A stretch of 64,000 nt of DNA from Okamejei kenojei (taxonomy: Eukaryota): NCBI GenBank assembly GCA_035221665.1, contig CM069169.1, forward strand, positions 18,104,001-18,168,000, given 5' to 3'. Shown here one piece after another: positions 1-11,870 of this stretch. Every line of letters begins with the position of its first letter. The first letter of the stretch is position 1. The notes under the pieces were generated by a model. That model was given only the letters and a program-made list of their open reading frames with translations, did no database searches and was not told where the DNA came from. The position numbers and the translations under genes were made by a program.

Positions 1-1157
1 CTATATGCAGATTGAAGTCACCCATTATAACTGTGTTACGCTTGTTGCACGCACTTCTAATTTCCTGTTTGATGCCATCCCCAACTCCAATACTACTGTT
101 AGGTGGCCTGTACACAACTCCCACTAGCATTTTCTGCCCCATTTCCTGCAGCTCTACCCATATGATTCCACATCCTCCATGCTAATGTCCTTCCTTTCGA
201 TTGCATTAATCTCCTCTCTCACCAGCAACGCCACCCCACCTCATTTTCCTTTCCGTCTATCCCTCCTGAATATTGTATATCCCTGGATATTCAGCTCCCA
301 GCCTTGGTCACCCCGGAGCCATGTCTCCGTGATCCCAACTATAGCATAGTCATTAATAGCTATCTGCACCTTCAACTCATCCACCTTATTAGGAATGCTC
401 CTCGCATTGAGACACAAAGCCTTCAGGCTTGTTTTTACATCACTTTTACCCTTTACACAATTATGTTGACAAGTGACCCCTTTTGATTTTTTTCCTGGAT
501 TTGTCTGCCAGCCACTATTAATTTTCACCTTGCTACCACTTGCTTCTATTGTCATTTTATAACCCTCTTTCTCTCTGCTCACACCTTTAAGACACCCAAC
601 ACCTCTTATTCTCTCGTTTATTATTTTTTTCTTCTTCCCCCCGTACATGTTGGGTCTGAGTGCTTCCCTTCTCTCTCCTGCCTCAGACACCGCCTCCTAG
701 CTATCTCTATTTGAGTCCCTCCCCTCAACCTATCTAGTTTAAAGTCCCCCCAGTAGCCTTTGCAAATTTCCCCGCCAAAATACTGGTCCCCCTTGGGTTC
801 AAGTGCAACCCGTCCTTTTTATACAGGTCACTCCTTCCCCGAAAGAGGTTCCAATGATCCAGAAACTTGAATCCCTGCCCTCCACACCATTCCTTCAGCC
901 ACGCGTTTATCCTCCACCTTGCTCCATTCCTACTCTCACTGTCGCGTGGCACAGGAAGTAGTCCTGAGATTGTTATCTTTGTGGTCCTTTTCCATAGCTC
1001 TCATCCTAACTCCCTAAATTCTCCTTTTAGGACCTCTTCTCTTTTTTTACCTATGTCATTGGTACCAATATGTACCACAACCTCAGGCTCCTCTCCCTCC
1101 CTTTTCAGGATATCTTGGACACGTTCAGACACATCCCGGACCTGGCACCAGGGAGGC
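1..1157 (-). mobile_element. CR1 LINE fragment: ORF1 esterase (SGNH) end and ORF2 AP-endonuclease start; runs off the window edge
   Basis: ORF 734..952 GFKFLDHWNLFRGRSDLYKKDGLHLN; ORF 241..690 CLNARSIPNKVDEL...VGITETWL...GYTIFRRDR; frameshifted. Confidence 0.9.
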
Positions 1158-1527
1158 AAACATGTTGGGTCTGAATGCTTCTGGTACTGGTTACCACCGA
1201 TTGGTAGAACATCTGAGGAATTTAACTTCAGACGTTAAAGGAGCGGAGTCTTCTCAAAAAATACAGCCACTCTGTCTCTTCTTGTCCAGTGTCTCAGTAA
1301 GACTGGTGGGAGAACTGGGAAGGGGGAGGGGATGGAGAGAGAGGGAAAGCAAGGGCTATTTGAAGTTCAATGAGAGGTGATTGCACTGAAACTTAATTTT
1401 GGAGTTGATGTACAGTAAAGTTTATGTCTCCTCTGCCTGTAGATAGAATCCACATTGCAAGGATATCTTGAAATCTTGAAAATTGCATAATTCCCATTGA
1501 TCTAAAGGAAACATTATTGGTGCATAA

Positions 1528-2280
1528 TTGTGGTACATCTGGTAGAGCAGCTGCCTGGGTGAAATTCAGACTTTGGGTGCAGGTGTCGGTGTGGAGTGTG
1601 TACCTGCTACCTATGACTCATGAGTGTCCTCCTGGGTGCTGCAGAATCCTCCAACAACCCAAAGACATGCTGGTTGGTTAGTTTGTGTTAGAAAGAACTG
1701 CAGATGCTGGTTTAAATCAAAGGTGGACACAAAATTCTGGAGTAACTCAGCTGGACAGGCGGCATCTCTGGAGAGAAGGAATGGGCGACGTTTCGGGTCG
1801 AGGCCATTTCTTTAGACTGATGTCAGGGGAGGGGGGGACAAAGATAGAATGTAGGCGGAGACAGTAAGACTAGTGGGAGAACTGGGAAGGGAAGGGGGAT
1901 GGAGAGAGAAAGCAAGGGTTATCTGAAGTTAAGGAAGTCAATGTTCATACCGCCGGGGTGTAAACTACCCAAGCGAAATATGTGCTGTTCCTCCAATTTG
2001 ACAATGGAGGAGGCCAAGGACAGAAAGGTCAGATTGGGAATGGGAGAGGGAGTTGGTGCTGAGCCACCAGAGATCAGGTAGTTTAAGATGAACTGAGCGG
2101 AGATGTTCAGTGAAATCTGTTTGGTTAACTGGCCGCTATAAATTGCCTACATTGTGCAGGTGAGTGGTAGAAACTGAGGGGAATTGAAAATAATCAAAAA
2201 TTGGATTAATGTAGGATTAGTGTAAAATGAGTATTAATTGTTGCCCAAAGGCTCCATGCTCTATCCCTCTACGCTTCTAT
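1528..2280 (+). mobile_element. Degraded V-SINE (HE1-like) interrupted by a Penelope fragment
   Basis: tRNA-like head and V-domain-like TGTGGAGTGTGTAC...CCTGGGTGCTGC...CCCAAAGACATG; resumes at about 2115 with GGTTAACTGGCCGCTATAAATTGCC. Confidence 0.65.
1686..2113 (-). mobile_element. Penelope-like element 3' end (end of GIY-YIG ORF plus terminal repeat)
   Basis: Reverse strand encodes KLEEQHIFRLGSLHPGGMNIDF, as at 11580-11660, followed by the same tail with a decayed hammerhead motif at about 1787-1816. Confidence 0.85.
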
Positions 2281-2359
2281 GATCATGTAAAGTGGAGAAG
2301 AAACAGAATATCATTGAGACCCTTCATTCCCTATATCAGAAGCACATAAAAGCCCAGCT

Positions 2360-3497
2360 TAAGGTCCCGCACAGGAGGCTGGTGACTAAAATTAGAGCAC
2401 ATGGTATTGGGGGTAGGGTGTTGACATGGATAGAAAATTGGTTGGCAGACCGGAAGCAAAGAATAGGAGTGAACGGGTCCTTTCCAGAATAGCAGGCAGT
2501 GGTGAGTGGAGTGCCGCAAGGCTCGGTGTTGGGGCCGCAACTGTTTACCACATATATTAATGATTTGGAAGAGGGAATTAGGAGCAACACTAGCAAGTTG
2601 CGGATGACACAAAGCTGGGCGGCAGTGTGAACTGTGAAGAGGATGTTAGGAGGTTGCACGGTGACCTGGACAGGTTGAGTTAGTGGGCAGATGCGTGGAA
2701 GATGCTATATAATATACATAAATGTGAGGTTATCCACTTTGGCGGCAAAAACAAGGGGGCAGATTATTATCTCAATGGGGTTAGGTTAGGTAAGGGGGAG
2801 GTGCAGCGAGACCTGGACATCCTTGTACACCGGTCAATAAAGTTGGCTTACAGGTACAGCAGGCAATGAAGAAAGCTAATGGAATGTTGGCCTTCATAAC
2901 AAGAGGATTTCAGTATAGGAGTAAAGAGGTTCTTCTGCACGTGTACAGGGCTCTGGTGAGACCACATCTGGAGTATTGTGTACAGTTTTGGTCTCCTAAT
3001 TTGAGGAAGGACATCCTTGTGACTGAGGCAGTGCAGCATAGGTTCACAAGATTGATCCCTGGGATGGTGGGACTGTCAAATGAGGAAAGATTGAAAAGAC
3101 TAGGCTTGTATTCACTGGAGTTTAGAAGGATGAGGGGGAATCTTATAGAAACGTATAAAATTATAAAAGGACTGGACAAGCTAGATGCAGAAAAAATGTT
3201 CCCAATGTTGGGCGAGTCCAGAACCAGGGGCCAGTCTTAGAATAAAGGGGAGGTCATTTAAGACTGAGGTGAGAAAAAACCTTTTCACCCAGAGAGTTGT
3301 GAATATATGGAATTACCTGCCACCGAGGAATTTAAGAGAGAGTTGGATAGAGCTCTAGGGGCTAGTGGAGTCAAGGGATATGGGGAGAAGGCAGGCATGG
3401 GTTATTGATAGGGGATGATCAGCCATGATCACAATGAATGGCAGTGCTGCCTCGAAGGGCCAAATGGCCTCCTCCTGCACCTATTTTCTATGTTTCA
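2360..3497 (+). mobile_element. CR1 LINE (HER1-like), 5'-truncated, RT C-terminal half and 3' UTR
   Basis: KVPHRRLVTKIRAHGI, SGVPQGSVLGP, LVRPHLEYCVQFWSP; tail TTCTATGTTTC. Confidence 0.93.
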
Positions 3498-4179
3498 GCA
3501 CAAACATAAGCACACCATCTCCCAAAATAGTATGTACATTATTGCCAAGATCTGCTTCTCACAGTAGATTATTTAAAGATATGCTCTAAAGTAATTTATA
3601 TTCCAAAAAAGAAGATAAGCACCTGAAGTCCACTTATGTATTTTCAAACTTCTGACATGGACAAACATTCCAAGGTTGTGATGCTGCAGAAATGACTACT
3701 CTCTCATTATCAGGCTTTTACCACAATGAGTCAGATCATCCAGTCTGCTCATACGCCCACCTGGGTCTCTAGCCTCCCTCATATCTCAGAGGTCTCCACC
3801 CCCTCTCTGGGATACTCTCAGAGCTCGGTCTGTCCACCCAATCCATAGTTGGGACTCGGTTGCTTCGGCAGCAGACCTCACAAACATGGAACAGATCACA
3901 GGAAAAGGCACTTTGCCCTAAATTGTCTGTACCGAACATGATGCCAACTCATCTTCTCTGCCTATATGTGATTTATATAACTCCATTTCTTGCATGCCCA
4001 TGTGCTTATTTAAAAGCCTTTTACATTTCCCTGTCATATCTGCTTGCACCACTATTCCTGGCAGCACATTCCAGGCATGCACCACTCTTGTTTTGCATGT
4101 CCTTTAAACATTCCCCCTTTACCTTAAAATTATGGCTTATTGTCTTTGACATTTCCCCCGAGAGAAAAGAGAGAGGCCA

Positions 4180-4357
4180 GTTCATTGGCTATATTTAAGA
4201 GGGAGTTAGATGTGGCCCTTGTGGCTAAAGGGATCAGGGGTATGGAGAGAAGGCAGGTACAGGATACTGAGTTGGATGATAAGCCATGATCATATTGAAT
4301 GGCAATGCAGGCTTGAAGGGCCGAATGGCCTACACCTGCACCTATTTTCTATGTTTT
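4180..4357 (+). mobile_element. Short CR1 3'-end fragment
   Basis: Near-identical to 25110-25290 (GATCAGGGG...GAAGGGCCGAATGGCCT...TTCTATGTTT). Confidence 0.85.
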
Positions 4358-5405
4358 TGACTATCTACCCTATTTATGCCTCTCAAAATGTTATATACTC
4401 CTCTCAGGTCTTCCCGCAGACTTTGGTGAAAACATTGCAATTTTGTTCAACGTCTCCTTACAGCGAATAGCCTCTAATCCAGGGAGCATTCTGGTAAACC
4501 TCTACTGCTCCCTCTCCAAAGCATCCACATACATTCTGTAATAGGGCGACTAGAACTACACAAAATACCCCAAATGTGGCAACCAAAGTTTTATAATGCT
4601 GCATCATGACTTCCAACTCCTGTAATCCATTCCCCGAATGATAAAGGCAAACATACTATTCTCCTTCTTTGCCATTCTATCCGTTGTCACTTTCTGGGAG
4701 CTATAATCTTGGATCCCAAATCACTTACCAGTTCAATGTTGGTAAAGATCTTGCCATTAAATGTATATTTTCCTCTTACATTCAACTCCCCAAAGTACAA
4801 CACCTCACACTTTCAAATCACTCACATCCTTGGAACTGAGTAATTATTTGCAACGCATCAAGGGGTGCATAATACAATGAAAGCAATAGTTGCTTAGGTA
4901 AATTACTCCAAAGACAGACTTTAATGGGATGTTTTAAATCATCATAAAATCTGTTTAATTCAGTAAACTGCTCACCCCATCTGCTGCAATGAAGATGTTT
5001 ATTAATCTTTGAAAGTTTCTGCAATTAATAAAAGTAAATGTTATCTTTGCACAATAGACTTTAGTCCCCAACTCAGTCACTAATTTGTGAAGTTCATCCA
5101 GTAATTAGATAGACATAATGTGGAATGTAAATAAGTAGCCACTGGAGGGCAGTAGATTATCATAAATAACATGAACGGTACACTCCCTCTGCTCCTCCAT
5201 GGGTCTACATGGGGGATTGTACTATGTTGCTATGCACAATGTCATTCTGTATGTTTCTGGAGACTCCAGCTTTCATAACAGTGCTCCAAAGAGATAGTCT
5301 TTGCCACATGTTCTGATTGTTGCTCATCCTAGTTGTGTACTGTACTGGCAACTTAAGATAAGACCACATTTGCTATATGTCTGTAAGTAGCTACTCAAGA
5401 GTGTT

Positions 5406-5781
5406 AAAGAAGGAACTGCAGATGCTGGAATTGAATTTTTTCAATTCTGTTAACCCTTACTGTCTCCTCCCCTTCCCACCTCTCCCTCAGCCCTCGGGCC
5501 CTGGCATTCCCTCTATCTCTATCTCCCTCCCCCACCCTAGTCGCACTAGCTTCTCATTTTCACACCACAAACAGCTTACAATGGCTTGTTCCCTTTATCA
5601 TCGATACTTTTTTGCATATCTTTCATTCATTGTTCTTTATCTCTCCACATCACCGTCTATATCTCTCGTTTCCCTGATCCCTGACCAGTCTGAAGAAGGG
5701 TCTCGACCCGAAACGTCGCCTATCTCCTTCGCTCCTTAGATGCTGCTGCACCCGCTGAGTTTCTCCAGCCTTTTGTGTACC
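5406..5781 (+). mobile_element. Penelope-derived terminal fragment with intact hammerhead motif, inverted 5' piece and 10-bp TSD
   Basis: TSD CAAGAGTGTT at 5396-5405 and 5782-5791; motif CTGAAGAAGGGTCTCGACCCGAAACGTC at 5690-5717; 5406-5430 is the reverse complement of the family terminus seen at about 50523-50546. Confidence 0.85.
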
Positions 5782-5789
5782 CAAGAGTG

Positions 5790-6330
5790 TTTTATTGTCA
5801 TATGTCCAGGACTGGACAATTAAATTCTTACTTGCTGCAGCATAACAGAATATGTGAATATGTAAACATTGTAAATAACAGAAGGAAAAAAAAGATAAAG
5901 TTCAACAAATAACAAATATAGTGCAAATAACAAATAACAATATAGTCTTTTGCAGTTCAGAGCTTATTCGATGTTGTTTAATAGCCTGATGGCTTTGGGG
6001 AAGCAGCTGTTCCTGAACGTGGACATTACAGTTTTCAGGCTCTTGTACCTGATGGCAATGATGAGATGAGTGTGTGGCCAGGATGGTGTGGGTCCTTGAT
6101 GATTTTGGCTGCCTTTTTGAGGCAGCGACTACGATAGATCCCTTCGACGGTGGGGAGGTCAAAAGCTGGTGATGGACTGGGCAGTGGTCACAACATTTTG
6201 TAGTCTTTTTTGCTCCTGGACGTTCAAGTTGCTGAATCAGGCCACGATGCAACCAGTCAGAATGTTCTCTATCGTGCACCTGTAGAAGTTTAGGAGAATT
6301 CTCTTTGACATGCTGAACCTCCATATATAA
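5790..6330 (-). mobile_element. Rex1/Babar LINE 3' end
   Basis: Reverse strand encodes YRCTIENILTGCIVAWF...KAAKIIKDPHHPGH...FPKAIRLLN, typical of the Rex-Babar post-RT region; tail ends GACAATAAA. Confidence 0.8.
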
Positions 6331-6889
6331 CATTAGCTATAACATTTATAGGCAAAAAAAAGATAATTTTTAAGAACCTTTTTTTATTACAGATCCAGAT
6401 ACATCCAGATTTGTTCACATTGCCACAGGATTTTTGAGACTTGATTAGCACAAAAACAATTTGTTTTCATTCCATGGCAGTGGATAACTTTCACGAGACT
6501 GCGTAGGACTGCAATGTTACATCTTGCACTGGCAGGGATAAGTCGGGAGTACACTTGAGAATGGAAAAGTTTTAAGCTTTATTTGTTCAGAAGGTTCTCT
6601 TTCAACATTTCAAATGTTCTCTTTTCTTTCTTTAAAAGTATTGATTTTTACTGGAACATTTGCACAATGATCACTAACTGGACAAAGGACATTTAGTGTC
6701 ACATACGCTAATTGGTGCAGTGAAATTTGAGTTACCATGCAGCACACAAATAAGATAATCACAACACTTTAGAATTTAACTTAAAACATAAAAAAAAACT
6801 TATCCTCTGAGATGGAGTTATAGAACCAAGGTAGGGAAGAAAAAAATCACTATAGATGCTGCCTGACTTACTCAGTATTTTAAGTACCT

Positions 6890-8045
6890 TTTAAGTGGTG
6901 GGGAAAATGAATGAATGAATGTGGAACATTTGGACATTCAGAATATTTTGATAAGATGACAATGATATTGTTAAACTACATTAGGGCAAAGGTAATTGGG
7001 CTAGAATACCAATATCGATTAAGGAATAATTAAATGGCCAAAACAGAGTGAAGAAATAATCGTGCAATTTTCCAGCTGAAACGTGACATATTGAATTACA
7101 TTGTGGCAAGCGGGATTAGTGCAGGATCCCCAACAGCCCAAAATCAGTGTCAATGATTTGGATGAAGTGTAACAAATCCAGGTTAGCTGATGATCTTAAG
7201 ATGGGTGCAGAGGATTCAGCGTGGTTTCGGAGCATATAAAAGGGCTAAGTGAATCGTGAGGACAAGGCAGATGGAAAACTTTAATGTAGAAAAGTAAGAG
7301 ATTGCCTCCTTTGGGAGAAAAAATAGCAAAGCAGTGTTTTCTAAATGATGAGAAACTGGAAGGTGTTCAAACGAAGGCAAAGGGTAACTTGGTCTCTATT
7401 ACAAGAGGATTTACAGCAGAAGACAGACTTGCTGCAATTATATAGAGATCTGGTGAGTCCACACTTGAAATATTATGTATCTAGTCGCCTTACCCAAGGA
7501 AGGATATAGACAAAGTGCAGTGAGGGTTCACACAAAATGCTGGAGTAACTCAGTGGGACAGACAGCATCTCTGGAGAGAAGGAATGGGTAAGGGTTCACC
7601 AGTAAGGGTTCATCAGATTGTTGGCAGAATTTCTGAATAAGGAGGGATTAAACAGACTGGGCCTGTAGACTCTAAGGTTGAGAACAAAATGAGACATCAT
7701 CCCACTGGAATGAAGAAGACTATTATGGAACTTGTGCAGGGATGATGTTTAACTTGGCTGCAGTGTCTAAAAAACAGACCTTGACAGCCAATAAAGTTAC
7801 CATCATAGAGTACCTCAATTAATATCCATGAATTTATCATTGACCAAAAACTAAAAATAAAAGTTTATTTTTATTCTACCTTGAATAACCAACCTTTTGT
7901 CTCAAAATAAAAGGTTGGTTATTCAAGGTAGAATTTATTTATGCAGAACCTTTGCAATTCTGTACCCATAAAGGCTGTGGAATTTCATTTACTGAATATA
8001 TTGAAGAAAGAGATCCATATACTTTTGGGGACTGAGAGATATGAG
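6890..8045 (+). mobile_element. Old degraded CR1 LINE with nested insertions
   Basis: Recognisable CTGGTGAGTCCACACTTGAAATATT (LVRPHLEY-like) and other CR1 3' motifs, many indels. Confidence 0.65.
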
Positions 8046-8485
8046 TTTAATTTAGTTTATTGTTGTCATGTGTACTGATGTACAGGGAAAGGATTTTTGT
8101 TGTGTGCTATCCAGTCCGCAAAAAGACTATACATGATTACAATCAAACTGTCCACGGTGTACATGGTAAAGGGAATAATATTTAGTGCAAGATAATGTCT
8201 AGTAAAATCCAATTACATATAGTCAAAAGGTCTGCAATGAGGTAGATGGTAGGTCAGGACAACTCTCTAGTTGGTAATAGGATGGTTCAGCTGGGACGAA
8301 ACAGTCCCTGAATCTGGAGGTGTGCGTTTCACAGATTCTGTACCTCTTGCAGGGTGAGACTCATCCTTTACTACGTTGGTGGCCTTGCAGAGGCAGCGTG
8401 AAGTGTAGATGGAGTCAATGGACAGGAGGTCGGTTTGCGTGATGGTCTGGGCAACGCCAATAATTTTTTGTAATTTCTTGTGGTG
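8045..8485 (-). mobile_element. Rex1/Babar-type LINE 3' tail (further copies at about 39995-40250, 42157-42335, 59395-59690)
   Basis: Shared GTTTATTGTCAC/ATGTGTAC...TACAGTGAAAAGCTTTTGTTGCGTGCTATCCAGTC block; family assignment by similarity to 5790-6330. Confidence 0.65.
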
Positions 8486-9119
8486 TACGTAGGTTAATGC
8501 AGGAAAGTGGTGTGGAGGAAGAGGCCAAAAGGCCTGTGCTGACTTCTATTACTTATGTTATTATAGCATCACCTGCATGTAGCTTCCCCTTTGTTATTCA
8601 ATATATTTGTCTTCATTGTTGTAGTGTCTAAAGCCTGGAGTTCCCAACCCAATGGCATTGTTGAAATCCAACTCTCCTCACCACCATCTTCTCAAAGCCA
8701 ATTAGGAATGTGACAACACAGCTTACATAATAAATCTATAGAAACGATGCCCACATTCTAAGTAGCACAGAACTATTCAGCATAAACTACCTCAAAGATC
8801 ACTTTGATACCTTACGACTCCTCATTCATGCCCAACAGATAACCCAAACCCTTCACTCCAGCACAGTGGATATCTGGAGCAACTTCAGTCGAGATTTGCC
8901 TGAAAGCTACAAAATGGAAGGAATGTGGACAACTTTGGATTTCATCAGATGAAGGGCTACATCTATCTGCCCAACACAGGAATGTACTCATCTCGACGGG
9001 TGGATTCGGTTTGTTTCCAGTTGGGGATAAATATTTTTCTCGTTGAAAGTTTTAAACTTCAATTAGAATTCTGGTGGCGATTTACCTGAAAAGTTGCGAG
9101 TAAGAAGGTTCAAAAATAA

Positions 9120-9960
9120 ACCAATAAATAAATGTGGAAATGACTCAGAGAGAGAGGCATTCCCTCTCCTCCTCGGCCGGCGCTGGTGAGGGCGGGCGGG
9201 CAGTGACTGAGGGAGTGCGGATGCGAGACGGCCGGACCCTCGCTCGCGCCCTCGCGTGCGCTTCCCGCCAAGCGCGTGGAACCGGCGGAGCGGCGAGCGG
9301 CCGTTGACGTCACAGAGGGGCACTATTGTGTAGCGGAAGCGGCGCGTCTGAGGGGCGGAAGTGACGGCGGAGGCGGACGGGCGCGCGCGTCGCCGGGAGA
9401 GAGAGCGCGGCCCAGTCCCTTTGTTGCGGTAGCGCTGCCGGGGGGAGTGCGGAGCGGAGCCTGAGGCAGGGACACCCCCACACACCGGCAGCTCACACCC
9501 GCCACCGGCGCCACCATGGACTCGGACGAGGGCTACATGTATGACGAGGACGAGTACAGCGAGGAGAGCGAGCCCGAGGACAACTTCGAGATCGGCGAGG
9601 TGGAGATGCAGGAGCCCGGCCTGGAGCCCGGGCAGGACGGCGACGGGGTTGGTGGTGGCGGCGGCGGCGGCCTGGGAGGCCTGGGCGGGCTGGGAGGCCT
9701 GGGCGCCGAGCAGGAAGAAGAGGATTACCGCTATGAGGTGCTGAGCGCCGAGCAGATTGTCCAGCACATGGTGGAGTGCATTCGGGAGGTCAACGAGGTC
9801 ATCGAGGTAAGCCTTATCCGGCCATCGTACCGGAGGAAAGCCCGAGTAGACAGGCCGCACAGGACCCGGGCCCTGGAGAGTGGAAGGACTGGGGCTCTGG
9901 GGTGCAAGTAGGGGAGTGTGATGCGGGTGGGAACGCACGGGTACATTGGACCATTGCGAG
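9120..9960 (+). promoter_or_regulatory. CpG-island promoter and 5' UTR of ARIH1
   Basis: Abrupt GC/CpG enrichment from about 9170; CCAAT 9121-9125; TGACTCA 9141-9147; GC boxes near 9190-9200 and 9352-9358; full CRE TGACGTCA 9305-9312; ETS plus half-CRE CGGAAGTGACG 9356-9366; no TATA box. Confidence 0.85.
9516..9806 (+). CDS. ARIH1: ARIH1 coding exon 1 (acidic and Gly-rich N-terminus, start of UBA-like region)
   Basis: Kozak GCCACCATGG; [13 protein letters not shown]...[31 protein letters not shown] matches the ARIH1 N-terminus; donor GAG|gtaagc; 291 nt, phase 0. Confidence 0.97.
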
Positions 9961-10879
9961 GAGGAGAGAGACTTTGCCTGGTCAATTTACCCCCGTTTGA
10001 CTGGTTTTCTTGGGATTGTTGCCAGTGGCTAGTTTTCAGTAGGGCCCCAAGGCTTGAAGAGGGTCTGGGCAAATGCCAGAAGGGTAGATCATCTATTTTC
10101 TTACTGGTTCGGTCATATATGATCTTAGTTTCGTTTAATGCACTGTGTAGAGTGCATGTGTATGATATTAGGAAATGGAGTGTCATTTTGATGCAGTTCA
10201 TCTCTCCTTATAGACTGTTGCATTTCTGTATTTCCACTGCTTAATGTATTTGGATGTTAACTGTAATATATAGTCCAATCTCTGAAATATAGGGGTTTTC
10301 TATTTGAATTTTAGTATATTTCTACTGTGTCAGCTAAAATTGATGTTTAGTTGAGCTGGCTTAAGCTAGCAGCCGACTAACTCCTATTTATTGATTGGCC
10401 AGATGTTTTAGATGTGGATTTTATTAGTACTGTCCTTGTTGCCTCAACCAGGCATTTCATCTGAAAAGTACAAAAATAGTCAAGCAGAATCAAGAATGTC
10501 ATAAACTTTGCCTAAATATTGGAAAAGGGATGCAACAGCTATAATTTGGCGCCTAACAATCAGCCTAATATTTCGGTAAACAAAAATTAAGCTGGAAGCT
10601 TGTCCTTAGTATCGGAAGAAGTTTGTTAAAGGCACCACCTGGGGTACATATTTTAAGGATAGTACATTCTGATATTTAATTAAAAAAATTGTGCATAATA
10701 TTTTAATGTGTCAGTTCCACATTCTTCCATACCTTTGTTGAGACTTAATCTATTTACCTTCAACTGTTTCTCTCTCCACATGTTGATGCAAATGAGTATT
10801 TTCTTAATTTCAACATTAAGGTTAATTGATATTTATTTGTTTGATTTGAAATCTTTTCTATCATATGAAGTGGTGACAG

Positions 10880-11870
10880 GGTCACGCGCATCAGCCACAC
10901 CTAAATCAAGGCATCTCTCTCAACATCGGAGATGTCCTCATTCTTTAAGAAATGGGGGGTTCCCCTTCCATTATAGATAAGGCTCTCACTGGGATCTCCT
11001 CGATATCCCGCAGCTCTGCTCTTGCTCCCCCCTCCCTGCCCATTCACAACAAGGACAGTTCCCCCTGTCCTCCCCTTCCACCCCATCAGCTGTCGCATTC
11101 AGCATTTAATCCTCCAACACTTTCTCCACCTCCAACGGGATCCCACTACTGGCCACATCTTCCCATCTCCACTCCTTTCTGCTTTCCACCGAAACTGTTC
11201 CCTCCGCACCTCCCTGGTCAACTCGTCCCTTCCCACCCAAACCACCCCCTCCCCAGGTACTTTCCCCTGCAACCGCAGGAGATGCAACACCTGTCCCTTT
11301 ACTTCCCCCCTCGACTCATCCAAGGAACCCAACATTCTTTTCAGGTGAGGCAGAGGTTCACTTGCACCTGCTCCAACCTCATCTACTGTATCCGCGGTTC
11401 CAGGTGTCAACTTATGTACATCGGCAAGACCAAGTGCGATTATTTCGCTGAACACCTCCGCTCAGTCCGCCATAACCTATGTGATCTCCTGGTTGCTCTG
11501 CACTTTAACTCCCCCTCCGATTCCCAATCTGACCTTTCTGTCCTGAGCCGCCTCCATTGTCAGTGCGAGGCCCAGTGCAAATTGGAGGAACAGCACCTCA
11601 TATTTTGCTTGGGTAGCTTACACCCCAGCCATATGAACATTGACTTCTCTAACTTCAAATAGCCCTTGCTTTCCCTCTCTCTCCATTCACTCTCCTTCCC
11701 AATTCCCCCACCAGTCTTAATGTCTCTGATTACATTCTATCTCTGTCCTGCCCACTCCACTGATATCAGTCTGAAGAAGGGTCTCGACCCAAAACGTCAC
11801 CCATTCCTTCTCTCCAGAGTTGCTGCTTGTCCTGCTGAGTTACTCCAGCATTTTGTGCCTACCTTCTTTC
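10880..11870 (+). mobile_element. Penelope-like element, 5'-truncated: linker Cys motif, GIY-YIG endonuclease and 3' terminal repeat
   Basis: PCNRRRCNTC then FTCTCSNLIYCIRGSRCQLMYIGKTK...FAEHLRSVR...VALHFN (GIY-YIG), frameshifted; followed by a hammerhead-like motif at 11771-11798 (GAAA mutated to AAAA). Confidence 0.9.

Noticed and set aside
9063-9938. 291-aa antisense ORF over the promoter and exon 1
   Set aside because: Expected stop-poor shadow of a GC-rich CpG island and coding exon; low complexity, no recognisable domain
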